Positions 19,996-30,565 of a DNA stretch of 64,000 nucleotides are shown here, one piece after another. The notes under the pieces are model-generated. The model made no database searches. It was not told where the DNA came from and saw only the letters and a list, made by a program, of their open reading frames with translations. This DNA comes from Pedobacter sp. (GTDB taxonomy: Bacteria > Desulfobacterota > Desulfuromonadia > Desulfuromonadales > Syntrophotaleaceae): contig JBFWJC010000002.1 in assembly GCA_050253415.1 (NCBI GenBank), forward strand, positions 320,001 through 384,000, in the 5' to 3' direction. Numbering within the stretch: position 1 is the stretch's first letter; every line of letters begins with the position of its first letter. The position numbers and the translations under genes are program-made.

Positions 19996-22083
19996 TTGAA
20001 CGTCATTCGGCAGCTGAACTCTGGGGTGCATACGGCTGATGGGCTGGATGATGGTATCGAGCGCGCCATCGACTGGCTTGCCTATAACCAGGAAGAAGAG
20101 GGTTTCTGGGCCGGTAAACTGGAATCCAACTCGTGTATCGAAGCTGAGTGGATTCTGGCCATGCATTTCCTCGGGGTCAAGGACGATTCCAAATACGACA
20201 AGGTTGTGCAAGCGGTACTTAATGAGCAGCGTAAAGACGGTTCATGGGCTGTCTACCACGATGCTCCGGCAGGTGATATCAATGCCACTGTTGAAGCCTA
20301 TGCAGCGTTGCGAACAGCCGGATACGGACCTGATCACGAACGTCTTGTAAGGGCTCGCCGCTGGATTTTCGAACATGGCGGTCTGAAAAATGTGCGAGTG
20401 TTTACTCGTTACTGGCTTGCCTTGATCGGTGAGTGGCCATGGGAAGAAACCCCGGCGCTCGCGGCGGAGATTATCTATCTGCCCTCGTGGTGCCCGCTTA
20501 ATATCTATGATTTCGCTTGTTGGGCACGGGCTACTCTGGTGCCGTTGAGTATCCTTTCGGTGCGACGACCGGTAAAACAGCTTCCTCCTGAAAGCCGCCT
20601 CGACGAGTTGTTCCCTGAGGGGCGGGAAAATGCGGATTACAGCCTTCCTGAGAGTGAAAAGGGTCTGGCTGAGCGCTTTTTCCTGGTCGTGGATTGGTTC
20701 CTTAAAAAATACAATCGCCTGCCGGTGCAGTTTGGGCGCGAAAAAGCCATCCGGCTGTGTCTGGAGTGGATTGTCAAGCATCAGGATTATGATGGGGGTT
20801 GGGGCGGTATTCAGCCACCGTTGATCTATTCGCTGATTGCACTCCATGTTGAAGGCTATGCGCTCAACCACCCCGTCGTCAGCAAAGGGCTGGATGCATT
20901 TAATCCCCCCTGGGCTTATGAAAAGAACGGCGGGATCTATCTGCAGTGCAGTGAATCTCCGGTGTGGGATACTCTGTTTACGATGCTGGCCCTGTTTGAA
21001 AGCGGTTGTACCTTCGAGAATACGCCAATGATGCGTCCTGCTCTTGACTGGATTCTCAGCAAGCAGATCACCAGTTGGGGCGACTGGCAGGTTAAGATTC
21101 GTGGGGTGCGTCCGGGCGGCTGGGCCTTTGAACGGGCCAATACGGCTTATCCCGATGTGGACGATACGGCTCTGGCATTGGTGGTGCTGGCTGAAGCCCG
21201 TCGCCACCTGGAAGATCCCTCCGCTGTCGACAGGGCTCTTGAGCGTGCTGAAGAGTGGATTCTTGGTCTGCAGTGTAAAAACGGTGGCTGGGCGGCTTTC
21301 GATCGTGATAATAACAGCGTAATCGTCACCAAGATCCCTTTCTGTGATTTTGGGGAGGTTCTCGACCCGCCAAGTGTCGATGTTACCGCGCATGTGGTGG
21401 AAGCTCTTGCCGCCGTTGGCCGTGATAAGCATGATCCGGTGGTGGCCAAGGCTCTGAAGTATATCCGGAGCGAACAGGAACCTGAAGGCAGTTGGTTCGG
21501 GCGCTGGGGTGTTAATCATATCTATGGTACCGGCGCCGTGTTGCCCGCCCTGGCAGCTATTGGCGAGGATATGAGTGCTCCCTATGTTCTGCGCGCTGCC
21601 GACTGGCTGGTCGATCATCAGAATCCGGATGGCGGCTGGGGTGAAAGCTGCGCTTCCTATATGGATGACAGTTGGCGTGGCAAGGGGCCGAGTACCGCTT
21701 CCCAGACCGGATGGGCTTTGATGGCGCTGGTGTCGGTGGGCAGTGATGCTTATGAAGCCGCCATTCGCCGGGGGCTCGACTACCTGCTGACCCATCAGAA
21801 GTCCGGCACCTGGGATGAGCCGCAGTATACCGGAACCGGTTTTCCCGGCTATGGTGTGGGGGAACGCACCAACCTCAAGGAGGCCGGTGCCACCCTTGAC
21901 CAGGGTTGTGAGCTGGCTCGCGGCTTTATGATTAATTACAACATGTATCGGCATTATTTCCCTCTGATCGCCATGGCGCGGGCGCGTCGTCATCTCGGAC
22001 TGGCCGTGAATCCGCATGGCCGGGATTTTTCCGAGGAGATGCCTGTCCTCTCTGAAATTTTGCCCGGCAGAGCCTGCGGGTAG
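19996..22083 (+). CDS. shc: Squalene-hopene cyclase
   Basis: Catalytic YPDVDDTA (DxDD), QW repeats (Q..DGGWG, GSWFGRWG), IPFCDFGE. Probable TTG start at 19996 after GGAGG. Confidence 0.95.
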   Translation: MNVIRQLNSGVHTADGLDDGIERAIDWLAYNQEEEGFWAGKLESNSCIEAEWILAMHFLGVKDDSKYDKVVQAVLNEQRKDGSWAVYHDAPAGDINATVEAYAALRTAGYGPDHERLVRARRWIFEHGGLKNVRVFTRYWLALIGEWPWEETPALAAEIIYLPSWCPLNIYDFACWARATLVPLSILSVRRPVKQLPPESRLDELFPEGRENADYSLPESEKGLAERFFLVVDWFLKKYNRLPVQFGREKAIRLCLEWIVKHQDYDGGWGGIQPPLIYSLIALHVEGYALNHPVVSKGLDAFNPPWAYEKNGGIYLQCSESPVWDTLFTMLALFESGCTFENTPMMRPALDWILSKQITSWGDWQVKIRGVRPGGWAFERANTAYPDVDDTALALVVLAEARRHLEDPSAVDRALERAEEWILGLQCKNGGWAAFDRDNNSVIVTKIPFCDFGEVLDPPSVDVTAHVVEALAAVGRDKHDPVVAKALKYIRSEQEPEGSWFGRWGVNHIYGTGAVLPALAAIGEDMSAPYVLRAADWLVDHQNPDGGWGESCASYMDDSWRGKGPSTASQTGWALMALVSVGSDAYEAAIRRGLDYLLTHQKSGTWDEPQYTGTGFPGYGVGERTNLKEAGATLDQGCELARGFMINYNMYRHYFPLIAMARARRHLGLAVNPHGRDFSEEMPVLSEILPGRACG

Positions 22084-22115
22084 TTATTCTGGTCGGTTTC
22101 AATAAGGGTATCCTC

Positions 22116-22149
22116 AAAGCCGTTCGCGTTTATGCGAACGGCTTTTTTG
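22116..22149 (+). terminator. Intrinsic terminator
   Basis: AAAGCCGTTCGC-GTTTAT-GCGAACGGCTTTTTT. Confidence 0.8.
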
Positions 22150-22362
22150 TTAACATCGAGATGCCCGGAAAACAGCTTGCGAATGAACGATCTCCTGATT
22201 ACATTGGAAATAAAATGATTTTACCGTAGTACATGGGTCGTTCCAACTTATCGAAATGATATATGGAAGAGTCTGGAAGCGCTCCCTTTTCTCCGTTTGG
22301 CGTAGGGGTGAAGCCCGGATGTGAAGGTTCTGTGCTCCGCAATAAGCAAGGAGTTAGTAATC

Positions 22363-23841
22363 ATGAAGGAGTCCAGTCAGGAACAAGATTATGGTTCCCT
22401 TCCTGTCCCGGCGCCTGACCTGGTCCTTGCCGAGGGCCCTGGCGAGCATTGGCAGGTGCGGGCCATGTCGGGTTCGTTGGCCGGGCGACTGGGGCTCGAT
22501 GCAGTCCTGGCTGTCGGGCGCTTCGTTGACCATGTGTTGCCTGCTGCCGTGCCATCCTTGGCGGCGGTGGCCAGCGATGCTGTATGTGCCGGGCGTGCCT
22601 TGCTGAATATTCGGGTCCGGCTAACAGCTCGTGGAGAATTGTGGTCCGTCGATGTGCGCCCTTTAGGTTTGGGCGAGGACTTTCGTGGCCGCGAAGTGGC
22701 GCTCGTGTTCCGAGCTCTGGATGTGGCCGCCAGAGAAGAGCCGATTTCGCTATACGGTATGGTTGGCAACAGCCCGGCGATTCGCGAAGTGTTCCGCAAG
22801 ATCGGGCTATTCGCTCCCTCAGACGCTGCGGTGGTGATTACCGGTGAAACCGGTACCGGTAAGGAGCTGGTTGCGCGTGCCCTGCACGACCAGAGCCTGC
22901 GCCCAGATGGGCCTTTCGTTGCGGTCAACTGTTCAGCGATCTCGGAGGAATTGCTTGAATCGGAATTATTCGGCCACGAAAAAGGGGCGTTTACCGGAGC
23001 CGTGCGTACCCACCGGGGGCGTTTTGAGCGGGCGGATGGCGGCACCTTGTTTCTGGATGAGATAGGCGATATGCCCCTCGGTACCCAGGCAAAATTGCTG
23101 CGGGTTCTGGAGGAGGGGAAGATCGAGCGGGTTGGGGCGGAAAGGGAGCAGAGAGTCGATGTGCGCATCGTCGCCGCAACCAATGTGCCGTTGGAGCAGG
23201 CTGTTGGTATGGGGCGATTCCGGCCCGACCTTTACCACCGCATCTCCGTATTGCGCATTCACTTGCCGCCATTGCGCGAGCGTGTCGAGGATATCCCTTA
23301 TCTGGTGGAGCATTTTTTGAATCTGTTTGCGCGCAAGTACGGTCGCCGTATTTACCGTCTGACGCCGGAAGCGGTCGGCTTGCTGCAATCGTATCTATGG
23401 CCGGGCAATATTCGTGAATTGCGTAATGTGCTGGAACGGGTGTTTATCGAAACCCGGGCCGATGTTATCGGCGCGCGGGCTTTTGGCGAATGGATACGGG
23501 AGCGCCAGGACTTTTTGGCGCAGTCCCGTGATGGTCGGGGCCAGAGGCAGTCATCTTTGCCGGCGGTAGTGCTTCCCCGGAGTGTGGAGCGCAGCGCGGA
23601 GACGGATGCCGGTTCAGGGTCTGCGGTACTGGAGGCTGAATTCTATTCCACCGCGGAGCATGTTCGTTCCACGCGCCCGGTCAATCTGACGGCAGAGGAG
23701 ATTCTTCGCGCCTATGGCGATGCTCACGGCAATCTGGCCGATGCGGCTCGCCGGCTTGGGGTGCATCGCGCCACTCTTTATCGTTATATGCAAAAACTCG
23801 GACTGTCGCGCACGGTCCTTGATGAAAGTGGGGGCACGTGA
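22363..23841 (+). CDS. Sigma-54-dependent activator with unassigned (PAS-like?) N-terminal domain
   Basis: [31 protein letters not shown] and [13 protein letters not shown]. No receiver domain recognisable. ATG at 22363 after AAGGAG. Confidence 0.9.
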   Translation: MKESSQEQDYGSLPVPAPDLVLAEGPGEHWQVRAMSGSLAGRLGLDAVLAVGRFVDHVLPAAVPSLAAVASDAVCAGRALLNIRVRLTARGELWSVDVRPLGLGEDFRGREVALVFRALDVAAREEPISLYGMVGNSPAIREVFRKIGLFAPSDAAVVITGETGTGKELVARALHDQSLRPDGPFVAVNCSAISEELLESELFGHEKGAFTGAVRTHRGRFERADGGTLFLDEIGDMPLGTQAKLLRVLEEGKIERVGAEREQRVDVRIVAATNVPLEQAVGMGRFRPDLYHRISVLRIHLPPLRERVEDIPYLVEHFLNLFARKYGRRIYRLTPEAVGLLQSYLWPGNIRELRNVLERVFIETRADVIGARAFGEWIRERQDFLAQSRDGRGQRQSSLPAVVLPRSVERSAETDAGSGSAVLEAEFYSTAEHVRSTRPVNLTAEEILRAYGDAHGNLADAARRLGVHRATLYRYMQKLGLSRTVLDESGGT

Positions 23842-23842
23842 G

Positions 23843-23921
23843 TGTCGCAAGCTGTTTATCTGCAAGCTTGTGACGTTGCAAATGAAACTTGCGACATAGA
23901 GGTGCGACGTCGCAAGCTTGT
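23843..23921. promoter_or_regulatory. Cluster of TGTCGCAAG/CTTGCGACA boxes (putative enhancer)
   Basis: TGTCGCAAG at 23843, CTTGCGACA at 23888, palindrome TGCGACGTCGCA at 23903-23914, and repeated GCAAGCTTGTG. Confidence 0.6.
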
Positions 23922-23983
23922 GTAACTTTATGTTTGTTTTCTTAAGTACCCGAAAATATTGACTCTATTGTGGTTTGAAGAAG

Positions 23984-24000
23984 TTGGCACGATGGTTGTT
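23984..24000 (+). promoter_or_regulatory. Sigma-54 promoter of hsp20-hsp20-clpB
   Basis: TTGGCACGATGGTTGTT: perfect -24 TGGCACG, with the -12 as the variant TTGT. Confidence 0.65.
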
Positions 24001-24061
24001 ATACTGAATAACCGGAAAGCGAACAAAAGATAGTCCGATAACAAACCACAAGGAGGACGAT

Positions 24062-24508
24062 ATGGCTAACTGGAACATTTACAAGGAAATGGAAAATCTC
24101 CGCCATGAGATCGATGAGGCTTTTCGGGGCTTCGGTGGGCGGGGTCTGTTCGGGCCGGCTTTTCATGCCGGGAGAGGCTTCCGCAGGCAGCCCCCGATCA
24201 ACCTCTACGGAGATGCGGAAAATCTTTATGTCGAAGTCCTGGTACCCGGCATGGAAGCGGATCAACTCGATCTTACAGTGCAGCAAAACGTTCTGACCGT
24301 CTCCGGCGAACGCAAGTTGGTCGAGGATAAAGACCGCACCTGGCATCGTCGCGAACGGGAAAACGGCAAGTTCGTCCGCACCCTTGAATTGCCGGTCGAT
24401 GTCGAAGCCGAGCAGGTCAAGGCCAGCTGTCGTAATGGTTTGCTGACCGTCACTTTGCCCAAGGCGGCCGCAGCTCGACCAAAAAAAATCAGTGTGGATG
24501 TAGCCTGA
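24062..24508 (+). CDS. Small heat-shock protein Hsp20
   Basis: Alpha-crystallin motifs LTVSGER, RRERENGKFVRTLELP, NGLLTVTLPK and C-terminal ISV. Confidence 0.92.
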   Translation: MANWNIYKEMENLRHEIDEAFRGFGGRGLFGPAFHAGRGFRRQPPINLYGDAENLYVEVLVPGMEADQLDLTVQQNVLTVSGERKLVEDKDRTWHRRERENGKFVRTLELPVDVEAEQVKASCRNGLLTVTLPKAAAARPKKISVDVA

Positions 24509-24558
24509 CGGTGCCTGGACAGACGACTATTGACGAGCCGACATAAAGGAGTAAAGCC

Positions 24559-24966
24559 ATGACGGATAAAAATTATGCAGTAAACAATGCAGAGGATAAA
24601 AAAACCGATCTCAGCCGTGAAGAAACCCGTGCCCCGGAGCGTTATGCGGTGCCGGCTGTCGATATTCTTGAAGGCGCCGATGGGCTGACCATGGTCATCG
24701 ATTTGCCGGGAGTGGAGCGTGATGATCTGACCATCGATCTGCACGAGGGGATTCTGACCATCGAAGGGCGGATTAAGTCTCATTCTCCGGCCGATGATAT
24801 CTATCGGGAGTTCACTCTGGCCAATTTCTATCGGCAGTTCAGGATTCCTGAAGGCATCGACCAGGAGAAGGTCAGTGCGGCCTATGCCAACGGGGTGCTT
24901 AACCTGCTGTTGCCGAGAGCCGCTGCGGCCAAGCCGCGACGCATCGAAATCACCTCGGGTGAATAA
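24559..24966 (+). CDS. Small heat-shock protein Hsp20
   Basis: PAVDILE, DLPGV, FYRQF, NGVLNLLLPR and C-terminal IEI. Confidence 0.9.
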   Translation: MTDKNYAVNNAEDKKTDLSREETRAPERYAVPAVDILEGADGLTMVIDLPGVERDDLTIDLHEGILTIEGRIKSHSPADDIYREFTLANFYRQFRIPEGIDQEKVSAAYANGVLNLLLPRAAAAKPRRIEITSGE

Positions 24967-25075
24967 AGAAAAACCTCTTACGGGACACTGGTGCAAACGG
25001 CCGGCAGGGTGACTCAACAGTAAATAGCAAACCCGGACCAGTCGGTCCGGGTTGAAGGAAGGAGTTGTACTTTTT

Positions 25076-27688
25076 ATGGATCTTAACAAGATGACTCAAA
25101 AAACCCAGGAGGCACTGCAGGCAGCGCAGGACATTGCTCTGAAACGCGGCCATGTGGAAGTCGACGGGGAACATTTACTGGCGGCCCTGCTGGAACAGGA
25201 AGGTGGCCTTGTGCCGCGCCTTCTGCAAAAGATGGATGTACAGGTCGATAAGCTGACGACGGTTGCTAAAAAGGAGTTGGATCGTCGGGCCAGCGTATCG
25301 GGGCCAGGGGTTGAGGGGGGCAAAATCTATGTCACCCAACGGCTCAACCGTCTGTTGCTCAAAGCTGAAGAAGAGGCCAAGCATCTGCGGGACGATTATG
25401 TCAGTGTCGAGCATCTGGTGTTGGCGCTGGTCGAGGAAGGGGAATCAACCGCTGCCGGCAAACTGTTCAAGCAGTTCAATATCACTCGCGACCGCTTGCT
25501 GGGGGCCTTGACGGCCATTCGCGGTAACCAGAGGGTGACCAGCCCCGATCCGGAAAACACCTATGAGGCTTTGGAAAAGTATGGCCGCGATCTGGTGCAG
25601 GAGGTAAAGAAAGGCAAGCTCGATCCGGTTATCGGCCGCGATGCGGAAATCCGGCGGGTGATCCGCATTCTGTCGCGCAAAACCAAGAACAATCCGGTGC
25701 TGATTGGCGAACCGGGGGTCGGCAAGACCGCCATCGTCGAAGGCCTGGCCCATCGCATCGTGCGGGGCGACGTGCCGGAAGGGCTTAAGAACAAGACCGT
25801 ATTCGCCCTGGACATGGGGGCTCTGGTGGCCGGCGCCAAATTTCGTGGCGAATTCGAGGAGCGCCTGAAGGCGGTGCTGAACGAAATCCGTTCCAGCGAA
25901 GGGCGTATCCTGCTGTTCATCGACGAGTTGCATACCATCGTCGGGGCCGGCAAGGCCGAGGGCTCCATGGATACCGGCAACATGCTCAAGCCGATGCTGG
26001 CGCGCGGTGAGCTGCACTGCGTCGGTGCCACCACCTTGGATGAATACCGCAAATACATCGAAAAGGATGCGGCTCTCGAGCGTCGGTTCCAGCCGGTGCT
26101 GGTGGAACAGCCGACCGTAGAGGATACCATCAGTATCCTGCGCGGACTCAAGGAACGTTTCGAGGTTTTTCACGGGGTGCGTATTCAGGATAACTCCCTG
26201 GTGGCGGCGGCCACGCTGAGCAACCGCTACATCTCCGACCGGTTTTTGCCTGACAAGGCCATCGACCTGGTGGATGAGGCCTGTGCCACCATCCGCACCG
26301 AGATCGATTCTTTGCCGGCAGAACTGGACGAGGTCACGCGGCGTGTCATGCAGCTGGAGATCGAAGAAGCGGCGCTGAAAAAGGAAAAGGACTCGGCCAG
26401 CAAGGCGCGCCTGGAAACGTTGCGCAAGGAACTGGCCGATCTCAAGCATCAGGCCGACGTGTTGACGGCCCAGTGGGACAGGGAAAAGGGCGCGATCAAA
26501 GGCGTGCAGGGTCTGCGTGAGCAGATCGAGCAGGTGCGTCAGCAGATCGAAGTTGCCGAGCGCAATTACGATCTCAACCGCGCGGCCGAGCTCAAGCACG
26601 GCCAACTGCCCGAACTGGAGCGACGTCTGCGCGAGCAGGAGCAAGGCTCGGCCGAAGAAGGCGGCGGCGCGCGGTTGCTGCGCGAGGAAGTCACGGAAGA
26701 GGAAATTGCCGAGATCGTTTCGCGTTGGACCGGTATTCCGGTCACGCGACTGGTCGAAGGCGAACGGGAAAAATTGCTGAAACTTGACGAGGTGCTGCAC
26801 CGTCGGGTGGTCGGCCAGGACGAGGCGGTGCAGTTGGTGGCCGACGCCGTGATTCGCGCACGCGCCGGCATCAAGGATCCGCGTCGCCCCATCGGTTCGT
26901 TTATCTTCCTGGGACCGACGGGGGTTGGCAAGACCGAGCTGGCCCGCACTCTGGCGGAAGCCCTGTTCGACAGCGAAGACAACATGGTGCGCATCGACAT
27001 GTCGGAATACATGGAAAAACACACTGTCAGTCGCCTGATCGGCGCGCCTCCCGGTTATGTCGGCTACGAAGAGGGTGGGCAGCTCACCGAAGCGGTACGC
27101 CGCAAACCCTACTCGGTCATCCTCTTCGACGAGATCGAAAAGGCCCATCACGATGTGTTTAACGTGTTGTTGCAGATTCTCGATGACGGGCGAGTGACCG
27201 ACGCACAGGGGCGCACGGTTGATTTCAAGAACACGGTTATCATCCTGACCTCCAATATCGGGTCGCAATATCTGCTGGAGGGGGTCAGCTCCGAAGGGGA
27301 GATCCGCGAAGAAGCCGGCAAGGCGGTTATGGCCGAATTGCGACATCACTTCCGGCCGGAGTTTCTCAACCGCGTGGATGATATCGTGTTGTTCAAGCCT
27401 CTGTCGCGCGAGGAGATCAAGCGCATCATCTCTCTGCTGGCAACCGACCTGCGCAAGCGACTGGCCGATCGGCGCATCGGTCTTGAACTTACCGAGGCCG
27501 CCTGCGACTTCATTGCCCGCGAAGCCTATGATCCGGTTTATGGCGCACGGCCCTTGAAGCGCTACCTGCAGCATCATCTGGAAACCCGCATCGGTCGCGC
27601 CCTGATTGGCGGCGATATTCACGAAGGAGCCACCATTAAGGTTGATGAGCAGGGTGGGGAATTGGTGGTTACGCCGATGAATCCTTAG
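25076..27688 (+). CDS. clpB: Chaperone ClpB
   Basis: Two AAA+ modules ([17 protein letters not shown]), coiled-coil middle domain, GARPLKR. ATG at 25076 after AAGGAG. Confidence 0.97.
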   Translation: MDLNKMTQKTQEALQAAQDIALKRGHVEVDGEHLLAALLEQEGGLVPRLLQKMDVQVDKLTTVAKKELDRRASVSGPGVEGGKIYVTQRLNRLLLKAEEEAKHLRDDYVSVEHLVLALVEEGESTAAGKLFKQFNITRDRLLGALTAIRGNQRVTSPDPENTYEALEKYGRDLVQEVKKGKLDPVIGRDAEIRRVIRILSRKTKNNPVLIGEPGVGKTAIVEGLAHRIVRGDVPEGLKNKTVFALDMGALVAGAKFRGEFEERLKAVLNEIRSSEGRILLFIDELHTIVGAGKAEGSMDTGNMLKPMLARGELHCVGATTLDEYRKYIEKDAALERRFQPVLVEQPTVEDTISILRGLKERFEVFHGVRIQDNSLVAAATLSNRYISDRFLPDKAIDLVDEACATIRTEIDSLPAELDEVTRRVMQLEIEEAALKKEKDSASKARLETLRKELADLKHQADVLTAQWDREKGAIKGVQGLREQIEQVRQQIEVAERNYDLNRAAELKHGQLPELERRLREQEQGSAEEGGGARLLREEVTEEEIAEIVSRWTGIPVTRLVEGEREKLLKLDEVLHRRVVGQDEAVQLVADAVIRARAGIKDPRRPIGSFIFLGPTGVGKTELARTLAEALFDSEDNMVRIDMSEYMEKHTVSRLIGAPPGYVGYEEGGQLTEAVRRKPYSVILFDEIEKAHHDVFNVLLQILDDGRVTDAQGRTVDFKNTVIILTSNIGSQYLLEGVSSEGEIREEAGKAVMAELRHHFRPEFLNRVDDIVLFKPLSREEIKRIISLLATDLRKRLADRRIGLELTEAACDFIAREAYDPVYGARPLKRYLQHHLETRIGRALIGGDIHEGATIKVDEQGGELVVTPMNP

Positions 27689-27722
27689 GTGTGATGTAAA
27701 ATTCGAACGCTAGATCGATAAG

Positions 27723-27755
27723 AAAAAATCCCCGCCTCATCAGCGGGGATTTTTT
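27723..27755. terminator. Bidirectional terminator between clpB and the response regulator
   Basis: AAAAAATCCCCGC-CTCATCA-GCGGGGATTTTTT. Confidence 0.85.
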
Positions 27756-27777
27756 GTTGGTGTTCGGTGACTATGTG

Positions 27778-27903
27778 CTCCCAGCTCCCAGCTCCCAGCT
27801 CCCAGCTCCCAGCTCCCAGCTCCCAGCTCCCAGCTCCCAGCTCCCAGCTCCCAGCTTACAGCTTACAGCTTACAGCTTACAGCTTACAGCTTACAGCTTA
27901 CAG
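27778..27903. repeat. Bipartite heptamer tandem array (CTCCCAG)11(CTTACAG)7
   Basis: Units counted directly. The last unit overlaps the TAA stop of the minus-strand response regulator. Confidence 0.97.
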
Positions 27904-28593
27904 CCCTGTTTCCGCCGGTTCATATTTATATCCAACGCTATAGACAGAGCGAATCAGGTCTTCGCCGGGAGCAGCTACGTCGATTTTTTTGCGAAGTTTT
28001 TTGATGTGGCTATCGATAGTACGGTCGGAGACGATGCGGCGGTCGGTATAAATGCGATCCATGAGTTGTTCGCGGGAAAAGATGCGCCCAGGGTGGGCCG
28101 CCAGGTGTTGCAGCAGCTTGAATTCAACCGCGGTCAGGTCCAGCTTTTGGCCATGGAGGGTGGCGTGCAGGCTGGCCTCCTCCAACACCAGTCCCTGCTC
28201 GTGCAGGGTTGTCTGGCTACCGCTTCGTCGCAATACTGCTTTGACGCGGGCCACCACTTCTCGGGTGCTGAAGGGTTTGCAGATGTAGTCGTCGGCCCCC
28301 AGTTCCAATCCCAACAGCCGATCGATTTCCTCTATGCGGGCAGTCACCATGATGATCGGCACCTCGGAAAAGCTACGGATTTCCTTGCAGATCTCCATGC
28401 CGTCACGTCCCGGTAGCATCAGATCGAGAAGGATCAGCGCCGGATGATTTTCTCTTACCCAGGGCACTGCGGCCAGACCGTCGCCCAGAATGTGAGGTTC
28501 AAAGTTTGACTGCCGCAGGTAGTCTGCCATCAATGCTGCCAAGCGGGATTCGTCTTCGACAATCAGTATCCGATTATTCATGGTTTTATCCAT
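27898..28593 (-). CDS. baeR: OmpR-family response regulator, BaeR-like
   Basis: ILIVEDE, LLDLMLPGRDG, GADDYICKPFS, RTIDSHIKKLRKK. Start may be at 28581. Confidence 0.85.
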   Translation of the reverse strand: MDKTMNNRILIVEDESRLAALMADYLRQSNFEPHILGDGLAAVPWVRENHPALILLDLMLPGRDGMEICKEIRSFSEVPIIMVTARIEEIDRLLGLELGADDYICKPFSTREVVARVKAVLRRSGSQTTLHEQGLVLEEASLHATLHGQKLDLTAVEFKLLQHLAAHPGRIFSREQLMDRIYTDRRIVSDRTIDSHIKKLRKKIDVAAPGEDLIRSVYSVGYKYEPAETGL

Positions 28594-30034
28594 TTAATGG
28601 CAGGGTTATGGCAATCCATAGACCGCCCAGGGGGGAGGGGCGCGCATCGATAGTGCCGTCATGCGCCTCGACAATGTTTTTGCACAGAGCCAGGCCGAGT
28701 CCGGCACCGCCATGTTCACGGCTACGAGAACTTTCCACCCGGTAAAGGCGGTCAAACAGTTTATCCAGGGAATCCTCCGGCACACCCGGCGCCGAATCCT
28801 GAAAATTCAATTGCACCCTGGCGTCCCGCGCAGCGACGGAAATCTGCAATTGCCCGCCCGGATTTGTATATCGCAGGGTGTTCTTCAGGAGATTGGAGAA
28901 AAGCTGACTCAAACGTTCGGGGTCGCCAAGGATGGGCACTGTTGAAGGTACATCCCGCAGGGGGAGCAGGGTCAGCCCTCTGTCCGCGAATTGAGCGCGG
29001 TGGGCGTCAAGGGACTGCCGCAAAATCTCCACCAGGTTTACATCCGTTTTTCTGTATTGCATGGCGCCGATGTCGCTCATGGATAATTCATAAAGATCCC
29101 CGACCAGGCGTTCCAGTCGCAAAACCTCACCATGCAGGGTGTCCAGCGTTTGCGGGGAGAGTTTGCGCACGCCGTCCTGGACGGCTTCGATTTCTCCTCT
29201 GAGAACTGCCAGCGGTGTGCGCAGTTCGTGCGAAATATCAGCTACCCAGCGGCGGCGGAGTTGTTCGTTGCTTTCAAGTGTTTGCGCCAGGGAATTGAAA
29301 TCCCGCGCCAGTTGTCCCAGTTCGTCGCCGGCCACGGCGTTTACCCGGATGTCGTAGCGACCTTTTGTCAGGCGGTGGGTCGCTGCCGCAAGGGTGGTGA
29401 TGCGTTGCACCATGCGTCGCGACAAGGGAAACGAAAGCAGTGCCGCCGCGCCCGCTACAATGAGGGAGATTATGACCATGGAACGGCGCTGTTCGGCGGC
29501 AAATCGTTGCTGGTGGGTATCGATAATAATCTTGGGCGGTATTAATCCCAGGTAGCCGACGGTTTGGTTATGGAGGATAAGGGTGCGGTAGGCGACCTTG
29601 TTTGCGGGATCGCGTGGGGAAATGATCGGTTGCCGGCCAGCATCCAGCAGACTGATCCGCCATTCGAACATCTGGTGTCTGGGAAGTGGCCCTTTGGGTG
29701 GCGGTGGCGGCAGGATTCTGGGTGAATCCTCGTTCATCCACCGTTCCGTTTCATTGGGGTCCATGGCCGGCAGATTCTGTTGGTGGCGACTGGTGGCTAC
29801 CAAGTGCATCCAGTTGAGCGGGTTGTCACGTAAAAAGTCCCAATTACCATGCTGTTCGTAGGAATCCTTGAGCAATGCTTCCAAGCGTGCGAGGTGTTCT
29901 TGCTCGGTGGTATTGACGTAGCGCAGCAGGCTGCGTTCAAAACTGAACTTGGTGATCGCGAACATGCTTACGACCACAAGCACGGTTGCAGCAAAAAATG
30001 AGAGAAATAAGCGATGTTTGATGCGTAATTTCAT
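28586..30034 (-). CDS. baeS: HAMP sensor histidine kinase, BaeS-like
   Basis: Two TM segments, HAMP (DELGQLARDFN), H-box ISHELRTPL, G-boxes DSAPGV and GAGLGLA. Confidence 0.85.
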   Translation of the reverse strand: MKLRIKHRLFLSFFAATVLVVVSMFAITKFSFERSLLRYVNTTEQEHLARLEALLKDSYEQHGNWDFLRDNPLNWMHLVATSRHQQNLPAMDPNETERWMNEDSPRILPPPPPKGPLPRHQMFEWRISLLDAGRQPIISPRDPANKVAYRTLILHNQTVGYLGLIPPKIIIDTHQQRFAAEQRRSMVIISLIVAGAAALLSFPLSRRMVQRITTLAAATHRLTKGRYDIRVNAVAGDELGQLARDFNSLAQTLESNEQLRRRWVADISHELRTPLAVLRGEIEAVQDGVRKLSPQTLDTLHGEVLRLERLVGDLYELSMSDIGAMQYRKTDVNLVEILRQSLDAHRAQFADRGLTLLPLRDVPSTVPILGDPERLSQLFSNLLKNTLRYTNPGGQLQISVAARDARVQLNFQDSAPGVPEDSLDKLFDRLYRVESSRSREHGGAGLGLALCKNIVEAHDGTIDARPSPLGGLWIAITLPLNG

Positions 30035-30122
30035 GGATTGCCCTTATGGTTTTCGCGGCGGTTTTTCCTTCTAATACCATAACTTTTGTTAGGCAGGCTA
30101 GCTGGATGCGGGATGCTTTGTG

Positions 30123-30156
30123 TATTTCCGCATTTCTTGCATATTTTCTTCAATTT
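30123..30156. promoter_or_regulatory. Putative BaeR-type direct-repeat binding site
   Basis: TTTCCGCAT / TTCTTGCAT / TTTCTTCAAT direct repeats in the divergent intergenic region. Confidence 0.45.
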
Positions 30157-30237
30157 ATCAGCATAAGCTTGCAACCGTAAACCAGTTGAGGATCTGCTGG
30201 CCGGTGCGCGGATCATTTTGCCGACAAGGAGAAAGCT

Positions 30238-30513
30238 ATGCGTCGAAAACGGTTGAGATATTTTTTATCGGGTTTGTTGTTGCTTGCACTGTTGCCGTCT
30301 GTGGGGTTGGCCTTCGGTGGGTCGGACAACGGGAAACGTCCTCCTGAGCCTCCTCCGGAAGCTTATGCAGCCTGTAAGGGTAAAGAGGATGGCGACAATG
30401 TTGTGCTGAAGGGGCCTCATGGCGAAACCATGAAGGCGGTGTGTCGTGAGCAAGGCAATCGTCTGGTTGCGGTGCCGTCAGGTCGGCCACCTGCGCCGGG
30501 GAATCAACCGTAG
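30238..30513 (+). CDS. Small exported Pro-rich hypothetical protein
   Basis: AAGGAG RBS, signal peptide, PPEPPPEAYAACKGK..C with two Cys. Confidence 0.75.
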   Translation: MRRKRLRYFLSGLLLLALLPSVGLAFGGSDNGKRPPEPPPEAYAACKGKEDGDNVVLKGPHGETMKAVCREQGNRLVAVPSGRPPAPGNQP

Positions 30514-30565
30514 CGATAGTGCAACAAAGCCCGAAAAATGGAAACAAGGCTGAAAGGAGCCTGAA

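Noticed and set aside
25445..27622. 725-aa antisense ORF opposite clpB (similar ones at 10766-12598 and 20242-22017)
   Set aside because: Shadow ORFs arising from codon bias of the sense gene; no motifs or RBS.
27754..28416. ORF with LPAPSSQ / LTAYSLQ repeats
   Set aside because: Translation of the heptamer array plus the antisense of the response regulator.
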